Positions 49,014-56,948 of a DNA stretch of 64,000 nucleotides are shown here, piece after piece (within the stretch, counting starts at the first letter, position 1; the number at the start of each line of letters is the position of its first letter). The DNA is from Dehalococcoidales bacterium (GTDB lineage Bacteria; Chloroflexota; Dehalococcoidia; Dehalococcoidales; BS750m-G39): positions 4,328 through 68,327 of the forward strand of contig JALHSZ010000010.1 of assembly GCA_022865485.1 (NCBI GenBank), written 5' to 3'. The notes beneath the pieces are model-generated. The model was not told the DNA's origin, did no database searches, and worked only from the letters and a program-made list of their open reading frames with translations. Position numbers and translations under genes: made by a program.

Positions 49014-50003
49014 ATGCCCAGAAAGAATTTCACCATTGAAGACCTCAGGCGCTGGCAGCAACGGGGGCTTCTATCCGATAAACAGCTGACGTCTATCCTG
49101 GCCGAAGAAGGCTTGGAAGCCGAGCCCGAGGCGAAAGAAAAAAAAGCCGGCCTGAACCTGGTCACCGTAGCCTATTATTTCGGAGGCTTGCTGGCCTTCT
49201 TCTCCTTTGCCGTTTTCGTGGGCATAAACTGGGAAGGCCTTACCGATTGGGCGCACCTGGGCGTAGCCCTCGGGGCAATGCTCGGGATTGGTGCCCTGGG
49301 GTTCTGGCTTCGTTTCAGGCGAGGCTATCCCACGGCCGGTGGGCTCCTCCTATTTTTAGCCACAGCCATAGTGCCCCTCTTAATCTATACCATAGAGAAA
49401 CTGCTCGGCGCCTGGCCGGCTGGCGCATCCCTTTATGAGCTTCGTTTTGACGTCCTCTACCTGTGCCTGGGGAGTCTTGCCGGGACTCTGGCGATGCTAA
49501 TTCTCACCCGCTTCTCCCTGATATCCCTGTTTGTGGCCGCCTTCGTCCACCTGACCGTTCTGGATATCGCTCAGATAATCGCGGGGGGAGGGGATTATGC
49601 CGCTCAACTGACCGCCGCCACTTGTGGAGGGCTCATCCTACTCGGTATCGCCTTAACGCTCTGGGGAAGGAAACCCTACGCCTTTTGGTTCAAGCTATAC
49701 GGGCTGGGGGGCCTTTACATAGCCTTCACCATTCTTTTTGTGGAGAGTGGCAGCATATTATTCGGGCTTCTATTCCTCTTGGTGTATCTCATTATGGTAG
49801 GTTTTAGCCTGCGCTTCCGCGAGGTTATCTATCTGATATTTGGCGCCATCGGGGTTTATACCTATATTATCCGCCTTGTCTTTGACACCTTCCAGGGGAC
49901 CGTATACTTCCCGCTACTGCTTGGGGGCATTGGTATCAGCATTATAGTGCTGGCTGTTCTCTACCAGCGGTATGGCACTCGCCTGTTCCGCCGCCGCTCG
50001 TAG
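49014..50003 (+). CDS. Polytopic membrane protein (about 8 TM) with a soluble N-terminal segment; function unknown
   Basis: Hydrophobicity pattern only. Confidence 0.5.
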   Translation: MPRKNFTIEDLRRWQQRGLLSDKQLTSILAEEGLEAEPEAKEKKAGLNLVTVAYYFGGLLAFFSFAVFVGINWEGLTDWAHLGVALGAMLGIGALGFWLRFRRGYPTAGGLLLFLATAIVPLLIYTIEKLLGAWPAGASLYELRFDVLYLCLGSLAGTLAMLILTRFSLISLFVAAFVHLTVLDIAQIIAGGGDYAAQLTAATCGGLILLGIALTLWGRKPYAFWFKLYGLGGLYIAFTILFVESGSILFGLLFLLVYLIMVGFSLRFREVIYLIFGAIGVYTYIIRLVFDTFQGTVYFPLLLGGIGISIIVLAVLYQRYGTRLFRRRS

Positions 50004-50113
50004 AGCTTAGCCCCCCTAATCCATGTGCTCCAACACTTCAAGCTTGACGCAAACACAGATTGCCCTTCCCCCGATTTGAATAGCCAGCGGGTAACAATGT
50101 AAAATATAACTGT

Positions 50114-51283
50114 ATGAACACAAAGCGGCTCAAAAACGCCCTGCCCTGGTTAATTTTGGTCTTGCTGCTGCCTCTGCTGGCGTTATCCTCCACGTCAGGC
50201 ACGGTCGAAGCCGGCTGCCCCTGCCAGGACAACCCCTCGCCGCCGCCCCCGCCGGTAACTGAGGTTGTCCGCGTGGATGTCAGCCCTCATGGCGCTGGCG
50301 ATGTCGAGGTAGCCGGGCGGCTGCCCGACGCCTATCCGGTTACCCGTACCGTGGAGACCAGTCAGTCGGTATACCTTGAGGCCTTCCCGGCCGACGGCTA
50401 TTACTTCGTCGGCTGGAGCGGCGACCTGAGCGGCAACGCAAACCCGGCAGAGGCAGATATAGATGGTGATGCCGAAATCACCGCCCACTTTTTCCCCGAA
50501 GAGATTGTCTCCGCAGATAGCAGGCTGCAAATCGTTTTCCCGGTGGGCACCGTTGTCCAGGATAGGGACGGCGCCCCGCTCGGCGGCCTGGAAATTGCTA
50601 TCAGTGAGACACCGCTGCCCCCGCCCCCCGAGTCCGATATCGTCGGGCGGCCCTATGAGCTGGGACCGGATGGGACGACCTTCGACCGGCCGGTTACCAT
50701 AAACTTCAGCTATGACCACGGCGATATCCGCCCTGGTGTCGACGAAGAAGAGCTGGTCCTGGGCTACTACGATAATGAAGCCGCCCAGTGGCAGTTTATG
50801 CCCTCGGTGGTCGATATGGCCAGTCACATCGTAACCTCCATGGTTGACCACCTCAGCACCTTCGCCGTCATTGCTCCCATGCCCCTGCCGGCCGCTTTTA
50901 GCACCAGCGAGCTGAGCGTTTACCCGCCCGAGGCAGAAATCGGCGAAACGGTAACGGTAAGCGTGCTGGTGACCAATTCCGGCGAGCTGGAAGGCGTCTA
51001 CGGCCTGAGCCTGACTATAAACGGGGTGGTGGAAGGAACCAGGGAAATAACCCTGGCTGGCGGCAGCCAGCAGGTGGTCTTCAGTGTTGCCGGGGATGAA
51101 GCCGGCACTTACTCGGTGGAGGTTAACGGCCTTGAGGGTTCCTTTACGGTCAGGGAGGCGCCCATCCTGCCGATTGTTCTCCCCAGCGCGGTTATCTGGA
51201 CGATATTAGGGCTGGCTATAGCGGCGCTGGTATTTTCCGCCGTTATCTTCCCCATTGTCTGGATGCGCCGGGACTACTACTAG
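50114..51283 (+). CDS. Membrane-anchored surface protein with an InlB-B-repeat-like domain and a CARDB-like domain
   Basis: Signal peptide, proline linker PSPPPPPV, GYYFVGWSGDLSG, then ETVTVSVLVTNSGELEGVYGLSLTINGV (CARDB-like), then a C-terminal TM helix. Confidence 0.6.
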   Translation: MNTKRLKNALPWLILVLLLPLLALSSTSGTVEAGCPCQDNPSPPPPPVTEVVRVDVSPHGAGDVEVAGRLPDAYPVTRTVETSQSVYLEAFPADGYYFVGWSGDLSGNANPAEADIDGDAEITAHFFPEEIVSADSRLQIVFPVGTVVQDRDGAPLGGLEIAISETPLPPPPESDIVGRPYELGPDGTTFDRPVTINFSYDHGDIRPGVDEEELVLGYYDNEAAQWQFMPSVVDMASHIVTSMVDHLSTFAVIAPMPLPAAFSTSELSVYPPEAEIGETVTVSVLVTNSGELEGVYGLSLTINGVVEGTREITLAGGSQQVVFSVAGDEAGTYSVEVNGLEGSFTVREAPILPIVLPSAVIWTILGLAIAALVFSAVIFPIVWMRRDYY

Positions 51284-51323
51284 CCCCCCCCGCCCCGATA
51301 AGCTCTCCGATATCTTCTATCCC
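51281..51323 (-). pseudogene. About 40-bp orphan copy of the pyrD 3' terminus
   Basis: TAGCCCCCCCCGCCCCGATAAGCTCTCCGATATCTTCTATCCC, against the pyrD end (53197-53240) TAGCCCCGCCCCGCCCCGATAAGCTCGGCGATATCCTCGACCCC. Confidence 0.6.
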
Positions 51324-52942
51324 TTTTCAGACTCATCAAGCATGTGTTGCTTACGGAGCGGGATTTCTCTGAGGAACAGGTTGGTGATGAAGGCAAGAAC
51401 AGTCATAACAAAGGCTACCACAAAAACCTCGGTAAGGCCGGAATTAAGAGCTTCACGCAGTGTCTGGAGTGTCTGGTCACAAAGAGCGGCCCCTTGCTCT
51501 CCCATATTACGGAACACGGCTTGCAACTGAGCTTGCGCTTCTGGACTCACCAGCACCTGAGCATTGTGTGTTATTGAAGATAACAGCTCGGGTGGTATAA
51601 GCGCCTTTATTGTTTCAGGGAGTTTGGTAAGGAACTCCGAGGCCAGGCGGTTGGTCATTATCGAGCCGAAGATTGACAACCCGACAGTGCCGCCGATGGC
51701 ACGGAAAAAAGGCACCGAAGAAGTAGCGGCACCAAGGACGTTGTAGGGGACTGTATTCTGAACAGCGATAGTGTAAAGTGGCATGGTGATACCCAGTCCA
51801 AAGCCGATAAGGGCAATGTTTACCACGGCACTGGCGTAGCTTGTTTCGGGGGTCACCCTGGAGAGAAGCGCCAGACCCAAAGCCATGATGGCTAGGCCAA
51901 AGATACCCTGAAGGCGGTAATGTCCGCCGGTGCGGGCTAGTAGCTGCCCGGAAATAAAACTGGCGATTACCTGGCTGAGCATCATGGGCATCAAAAAACT
52001 GCCGCTGGTAGTAGCCGATAGTCCCAGGACCCCCTGAAAGAAAAGGGGAATAAAAATGATACTGCCGAACATGCCAATACCGGAGAGAAAGGTAATCGAA
52101 ATAGATATAGCTACAATCGGATTTTTGAAGATGCGGAGGGGTATAATAGGTTCCTCGCTTTTACCTTCGATTATCGGGAAAGCTACGATAGCTGCCGCTG
52201 ATAGGGCAAACATGCCGATGACCGGGACCGATAGCCAGGGGTATTCCGTCCCACCCCAGGACAGGGCCAGCATCAGCGGCACTACGGCCAGTACCAGTGC
52301 GGTAATACCAGCGTAGTCAATCTTATGCTCTAAATTGTCCTGCCGGAAGTGAGGGAAAAAGACGATGAATAGAATGATAGTAATAATGCCCAGAGGGATG
52401 TTTATATAAAATATCCAGTGCCAGGAAAAGCTATCGGTTATGAATCCACCCAGAGTTGGGCCAATCACCGATGATACGCCAAAGACGGCGGTTACCAGAC
52501 CAATATATTTCCCACGTTCGGCGGGCGGAAAAAGGTCGCCAATAACGGTGAAGGCATTGGCCATTATGATGCCGCCGCCAACACCCTGAAGGCCGCGAAA
52601 GATAATAATCTGGGTCATAGTCTGGCTTAGCCCGCACAGTAAAGAGCCGAGGATGAAAATCGCGATCCCGGCAGTATAAAAGTATTTGCGACCGTACATA
52701 TCGGTTAGCTTGCCAGTAATCGGCAGCACGATGGTTGAAGTCACCATATAGGCTGTCGCCAGCCAGGTATAGTGGGCAAATCCACCAAGGTCAGCAATAA
52801 TGCGCGGCGTAGCCGTACCGACAATGGTCTGGTCCAGCGAACTCAAGAACATGGTCAGGAGTACTCCGCCTAGAGTAATGATTATTTGTCGCCTTGGTAA
52901 TGAACGCAGGCCGATTGGTGGTAGCTGGACCTCTTTCCCCAC
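51317..52942 (-). CDS. MFS drug:H+ antiporter, DHA2 (14-TM, EmrB/QacA-like) family
   Basis: 541 aa, LDQTIVGTATP, 14 hydrophobic segments. Noticeably lower GC than its neighbours. Confidence 0.8.
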   Translation of the reverse strand: MGKEVQLPPIGLRSLPRRQIIITLGGVLLTMFLSSLDQTIVGTATPRIIADLGGFAHYTWLATAYMVTSTIVLPITGKLTDMYGRKYFYTAGIAIFILGSLLCGLSQTMTQIIIFRGLQGVGGGIIMANAFTVIGDLFPPAERGKYIGLVTAVFGVSSVIGPTLGGFITDSFSWHWIFYINIPLGIITIILFIVFFPHFRQDNLEHKIDYAGITALVLAVVPLMLALSWGGTEYPWLSVPVIGMFALSAAAIVAFPIIEGKSEEPIIPLRIFKNPIVAISISITFLSGIGMFGSIIFIPLFFQGVLGLSATTSGSFLMPMMLSQVIASFISGQLLARTGGHYRLQGIFGLAIMALGLALLSRVTPETSYASAVVNIALIGFGLGITMPLYTIAVQNTVPYNVLGAATSSVPFFRAIGGTVGLSIFGSIMTNRLASEFLTKLPETIKALIPPELLSSITHNAQVLVSPEAQAQLQAVFRNMGEQGAALCDQTLQTLREALNSGLTEVFVVAFVMTVLAFITNLFLREIPLRKQHMLDESEKG

Positions 52943-53195
52943 GTTATCTCCTGTTCTAGCTTTGCCCCGATGTCCTCAGGCTTCTCTAGGGCGATTGAAA
53001 GCTCCGCTGGTTCCGCTGGCGTAAGGCAGGATGGTTTATTCCTGGTATTTTGGGCTTCCCAAGTTATTCAATATACAGGACTCACGGTGTGATTTTCAAG
53101 GTTGCCTTGGCTTGGATTGCCTGAGGAGAGAGCACACAGTTCGTCAATTTGTGCAGTTAGGGTCGTTTCTGACAGGGAGTCTGGTGCAATAGCCT

Positions 53196-54125
53196 TTAGC
53201 CCCGCCCCGCCCCGATAAGCTCGGCGATATCCTCGACCCCCTCCTTGGCCATAAACTCCTCTATCCCCTCCAGCACTTCGATGGGGGCGCTGGGGTTGGT
53301 GAAGTTGGCCGTGCCCACCTGGACGGCGCTGGCTCCGGCCATAATGAACTCCAGGGCGTCGCTGGCGCTGGCGATGCCGCCGATGCCCACCACGGGCACC
53401 TTCACGGCACCGGCCACGCTGTAGACCATATAGACGGCGATGGGCCTTATCGCCGGCCCCGATAGACCCCCCCTGACGTTACCCAGCAAGGGTCGGCGCC
53501 TGGCTATGTCGATGACTATGCCCCGGGGGGTATTGATCAGGGATAGAGCGTCGGCGCCGGCTTCAGCCACCGCCTGGGCCACCCCGACGATATCGCCCGT
53601 GTTGGGGGTCAGCTTGACCATTACTGGCAAAGATGTCGCCGCCCTGACCGCCGCCGTCACCGCCGCCGCCGAATCGGGATGAGCGCCGAACTCGTCGCCC
53701 CCGGCTTCGATGTTGGGGCAGCCGATGTTGACCTCGATGCCCCCGATTCCCCCCACCCCGTCCAGCTTCCGGGCCAGTGAGGCGTACTCCTCGACGGTTT
53801 CCCCCACGATATTAACGATGACCGGCACCCGCCACCCCGCCCAGATAGGCGCCTTCTCTTTAATTACGGCTTCGACGCCGATATTCTGCAACCCGATGGC
53901 GTTGAGCACGCCGCAGGGCGTCTCCGCCAGCCTCGGCTGGGGGTTGCCCTCCCTGGGCTTGAGGGTAGTCCCCTTGCCGACGATAGCCCCCAGCCTCTGA
54001 ATATCGAAGAGGTGCTCGTACTCGGTGCCCCAGCCGAAGGTCCCCGAAGCCGTCATCACCGGGTTGGCTAGAAGCAGCCCCCTTTTATTCTTGGGCGCCA
54101 GTTGTACCGAGAGCTTCAAAGACAA
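53196..54125 (-). CDS. pyrD: Dihydroorotate dehydrogenase, class 1 catalytic subunit (1B-like)
   Basis: NPVMTASGTFGWG, NIGCPN, GGIASASDALEFIMAGASAVQVGTA. The start may be the TTG at 54119. No pyrK is adjacent. Confidence 0.85.
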   Translation of the reverse strand: MSLKLSVQLAPKNKRGLLLANPVMTASGTFGWGTEYEHLFDIQRLGAIVGKGTTLKPREGNPQPRLAETPCGVLNAIGLQNIGVEAVIKEKAPIWAGWRVPVIVNIVGETVEEYASLARKLDGVGGIGGIEVNIGCPNIEAGGDEFGAHPDSAAAVTAAVRAATSLPVMVKLTPNTGDIVGVAQAVAEAGADALSLINTPRGIVIDIARRRPLLGNVRGGLSGPAIRPIAVYMVYSVAGAVKVPVVGIGGIASASDALEFIMAGASAVQVGTANFTNPSAPIEVLEGIEEFMAKEGVEDIAELIGAGRG

Positions 54126-54132
54126 CTCCTTG

Positions 54133-54263
54133 TCATAAATCCAGCACGGTGCCCGCGTTGTTTGAGAAAAAGCGGTCGCCGAACTCCTGGGCCATTATGA
54201 CCGATGCCGCCATTCCCGTGCAACGGCGGTATTTTCGCTCAAAGTGGTGATGCGCAGCCCCAT
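54133..54263 (-). pseudogene. Collapsed remnant of a COG1237-type MBL-fold metallohydrolase gene (N-terminal about 14 codons joined out of frame to the C-terminal about 29 codons)
   Basis: The minus strand reads ATG GGG CTG CGC ATC ACC ACT TTG AGC GAA AAT ACC GCC (MGLRITTLSENTA). A shifted frame then reads CTGMAASVIMAQEFGDRFFSNNAGTVLDL*. Confidence 0.4.
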
Positions 54264-54357
54264 TTTCACCCCTTAGTGGTGGTGACTAGTATAGGCCATA
54301 TCCTTCTGGCTGGCAACCTTCCTTCAGGCAGAAATAGTTCGAGAGCGTCAATCGGGT

Positions 54358-55098
54358 TTAGTCCATCTGCTTGATGACCAGCATGAGACCTAAGCCAGCT
54401 AAAAAAGTGCCAAAATGCAGTACTGACCTTTTGAGGTTGGTCGTATGTTTAATTTCGGGGATTAAATCGGCCGCGGCTATGTAAATGAAGTTTCCAGCGG
54501 CGAAAGGAAGAAGATAAATGATAGAACCCTGTAGCTGGGAAGAGAGGTAGTATCCAGTAACACCCCCCACGATGGCCGTAACGGCTGAGATGTAGTTAAA
54601 GGTTAGGGCTCGCGCTCGGCTGAAGCCGCCGTAGATTAGAACACCGAAATCGCCCAGTTCCTGGGGTATCTCATGGAGCGCCACTGCCAGGGTGGTGACA
54701 ACCCCTATCTGAAAACTGACAATGAAGCTGGCAGCGATAATCAAGCCGTCAATAAAATTATGCACGCTATCGCTGATTAAAATCATGTAGGAGAAGGGTT
54801 GTATCCGGTGGACGGTACCATGCTCATGTCGCCACCGCAGGAATTGCTCTAAGACGAAGAAAAGGCAGAAGCCGAGAAGTAGATATAGGAAGATGTCTAA
54901 GGTAGCTCCTGCCTCCTCGATAGCCTCGGGTAATAGATGCAGGAAAGCACCCCCGAGTAAACCTCCGGCAGAGAGCGCCACCAAAACCAGCAGGGCTTTG
55001 TTCAATAAGTCTTTTTTCAGGAAAAAGGTCAGAATACCGACCAGGGAAATTAGGCTGACGACAAAGGTAGCCACCAATATCTGTAACAAAGTTGTCAA
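54358..55098 (-). CDS. zupT: ZIP-family zinc transporter (ZupT-like)
   Basis: HNFIDGL and HEIPQELGDF motifs, lower GC. Confidence 0.8.
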   Translation of the reverse strand: MTTLLQILVATFVVSLISLVGILTFFLKKDLLNKALLVLVALSAGGLLGGAFLHLLPEAIEEAGATLDIFLYLLLGFCLFFVLEQFLRWRHEHGTVHRIQPFSYMILISDSVHNFIDGLIIAASFIVSFQIGVVTTLAVALHEIPQELGDFGVLIYGGFSRARALTFNYISAVTAIVGGVTGYYLSSQLQGSIIYLLPFAAGNFIYIAAADLIPEIKHTTNLKRSVLHFGTFLAGLGLMLVIKQMD

Positions 55099-55137
55099 CT
55101 TATACTCACCTCCTTAACGGCCACACCCAGATAGAAT

Positions 55138-55569
55138 CTAGGTGGCTCTCTGGCAGTCCTGGCAGCGCCCGATGAACTCGAGCAGGTGTCCTTCAATCTC
55201 AAAGCCGGTCTCCCGGCAAAGCCTTGCCTCCAGCTCGGTGAGGTAATGGCCGCTGAAGTCGATAACCTCGCCGCAGTCGGCGCAGATAAGGTGGTGGTGG
55301 TGCCCCGGGGCGGCGATGGTGTAGCTGCGGCAGCTCCCCCCCGCGTGCAGCTCGCAGATAAGCTCTAATCTGGCCAGGATGTCCAGGGTGCGGTAGACGG
55401 TCACCAGCCCTATAGCAGGGTGGTCCTGCCGCACCTTTTGGTAGAGGGCGGTGGTGGTAAGGTGGTCGGGGCTGGAGGCGATGGCGCCTATTACCGCCCG
55501 GCGCTGCGGGGTGAGCTTATAGCCGTGGCGCTTCAGGGAGGCGGTTATCTTCTTTTCGCTAAGTCTCAT
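55138..55569 (-). CDS. zur: Fur-family regulator, probably Zur
   Basis: LTPQRRAVIGAI, HHHHLICADCG, CQDC. ATG at 55569. The track ORF's N-terminal extension runs into the promoter and repeat region. Confidence 0.75.
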   Translation of the reverse strand: MRLSEKKITASLKRHGYKLTPQRRAVIGAIASSPDHLTTTALYQKVRQDHPAIGLVTVYRTLDILARLELICELHAGGSCRSYTIAAPGHHHHLICADCGEVIDFSGHYLTELEARLCRETGFEIEGHLLEFIGRCQDCQRAT

Positions 55570-55575
55570 CTCAAG

Positions 55576-55629
55576 CTCTAAATGAAAATTATTATCATTT
55601 ATATAATACAATATTATCATGGTTGTCAA
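55576..55629 (-). promoter_or_regulatory. zur-zupT promoter with overlapping Fur/Zur-box-like sites
   Basis: The minus strand reads TTGACA-ACCATGATAATATTGTA-TTATAT...AAATGATAATAATTTTCATTT. It has two TGATAAT half-sites and an imperfect palindrome at 55580-55600. Confidence 0.55.
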
Positions 55630-55630
55630 G

Positions 55631-55847
55631 ACCCCGCCCCCGGGTTTTTCTTCCCACCCAAATCCCACCCTACAGAGGTGTCACCTCTATATACTTCTCT
55701 CCTTACCCCTTAGACTACACAGTCATTGCTTCCCTCCGTCATTCCCGCGAAGGCGGGAATCCAGTCTCCCCCTTTGGTAAAGGGGGATTAAGGGGGATTT
55801 TCCCTATCCACTGTCATTGCGAGGAGCTTGAGCGACGAAGCAATCTC
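55631..55847 (+). repeat. Intergenic mosaic repeat cluster 2 (modules A 55631-55702, B 55738-55801, C 55811-55847)
   Basis: Module B is GTCATTCCCGCGAAGGCGGGAATCCAGTCTCCCCCTTTGGTAAAGGGGGATT (two hairpins). Module C is CTGTCATTGCGAGGAGCTTGAGCGACGAAGCAATCTC. All three recur at 57851-58157. Confidence 0.8.
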
Positions 55848-55932
55848 TACCGGCTCTTACCCCCCCAAAATCCCCAAAATGTGTCTGGGGGCATTGACCA
55901 AAACCGATAATTAGGATACACTTGAGGTATAG

Positions 55933-56032
55933 TAGCGCTATTGTCTCTTGCTATAGCGCTAGTCCTTCTGTCCAATCTTGCTTTCGCGCAAAATCGTCAA
56001 CCATAGATGCTTAGCTGCCAGCGTAGCTAAGC
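55933..56032 (+). promoter_or_regulatory. Two perfect hairpins in the leader of the DksA/TraR-like gene
   Basis: TAGCGCTAT-N11-ATAGCGCTA (55933-55961) and GCTTAGCT-N8-AGCTAAGC (56009-56032). The second ends 1 nt before the SD GGGGGAGGG. Confidence 0.4.
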
Positions 56033-56046
56033 AGGGGGAGGGAAAG

Positions 56047-56436
56047 ATGGAGAAGAAGACGGGGAAAACGAATGTAGGCTTCAATCTGCTGCGTGCCCGC
56101 CTGGAAGGCGAGCAAAAGCGGCTCAGTGAAGAATTAGAACAGCTTAAATCCAGCGTCCGTCCGGCTGACGAGCGGCGTGAAGGCAGCCCCTTCGGCAAAC
56201 GGGAAGAGGAGGCTACCGAGAGCTTCGAACTGGAAAGGCGGCTGACCATGGAAAAGCGGCTCATAGACCAGCTGGCTGAAGTGGAACATGCCCTGCAGAA
56301 GTTCGAAGACGGGACTTACGGCTTATGCGATAACTGCGGCCAGCCGATAAACCCGGAGCGGCTGGAGGCGCTGCCCCAGGCCAGCCTGTGCCTGGACTGC
56401 AAGACGCGCCAGGCGAAGGAGGCGAAAGGTAAGTAA
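56047..56436 (+). CDS. DksA/TraR-family C4 zinc-finger protein
   Basis: CDNCGQPI...CLDC. ATG at 56047 follows a strong SD. Confidence 0.8.
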   Translation: MEKKTGKTNVGFNLLRARLEGEQKRLSEELEQLKSSVRPADERREGSPFGKREEEATESFELERRLTMEKRLIDQLAEVEHALQKFEDGTYGLCDNCGQPINPERLEALPQASLCLDCKTRQAKEAKGK

Positions 56437-56485
56437 TCTCCGGGACAGGCGCTGGCAGCTAGGCTTCTTCCTTATAGCCTTCGGC

Positions 56486-56944
56486 GTGCTGGTTGCCGAC
56501 CAGCTCACCAAGCTCTGGATAAGGTCCACTCTGGATATCGGCGAGGTGCTGTGGCAGGCGGGAATCTTCAGTATAGTCCGTAGCAAGAATACCGGTGCCG
56601 CCTTCGGCTTATTTCAGGGGCATGCCTTGGTCATAGCCATAGTCGCCAGCGTCGTCGTTGTTCTGGTGCTCTTCTACGTCCTCTGGGCTCACCGCCGCTG
56701 CCCCATTTTCGTCGGCCGCCTGAGCTGGGTAGCGCTGGGCCTGAGTCTGGGCGGCATCATCGGCAACCTCATCGAACGAGCATGTAATCTGATTGACCCG
56801 TCGCGTTTCGTCGGGGTTACCGACTTCATCAGCGTCGGCTGGTGGCCCTCGTTCAACATTGCCGATTCGTCGCTGGTGGTGGGCACCATTCTCCTGGCTT
56901 ACTCCCTGCTGCTCATGATAATAAAGCCAGATTCGTCGTCTTAG
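56486..56944 (+). CDS. lspA: Lipoprotein signal peptidase II (the annotated start is probably too far downstream)
   Basis: DQLTKLWI, NTGAAFG, FNIADS. The in-frame upstream sequence RRWQLGFFLIAFG looks like TM1 but has no ATG/GTG/TTG. Confidence 0.8.
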   Translation: MLVADQLTKLWIRSTLDIGEVLWQAGIFSIVRSKNTGAAFGLFQGHALVIAIVASVVVVLVLFYVLWAHRRCPIFVGRLSWVALGLSLGGIIGNLIERACNLIDPSRFVGVTDFISVGWWPSFNIADSSLVVGTILLAYSLLLMIIKPDSSS

Positions 56945-56948
56945 AGTC

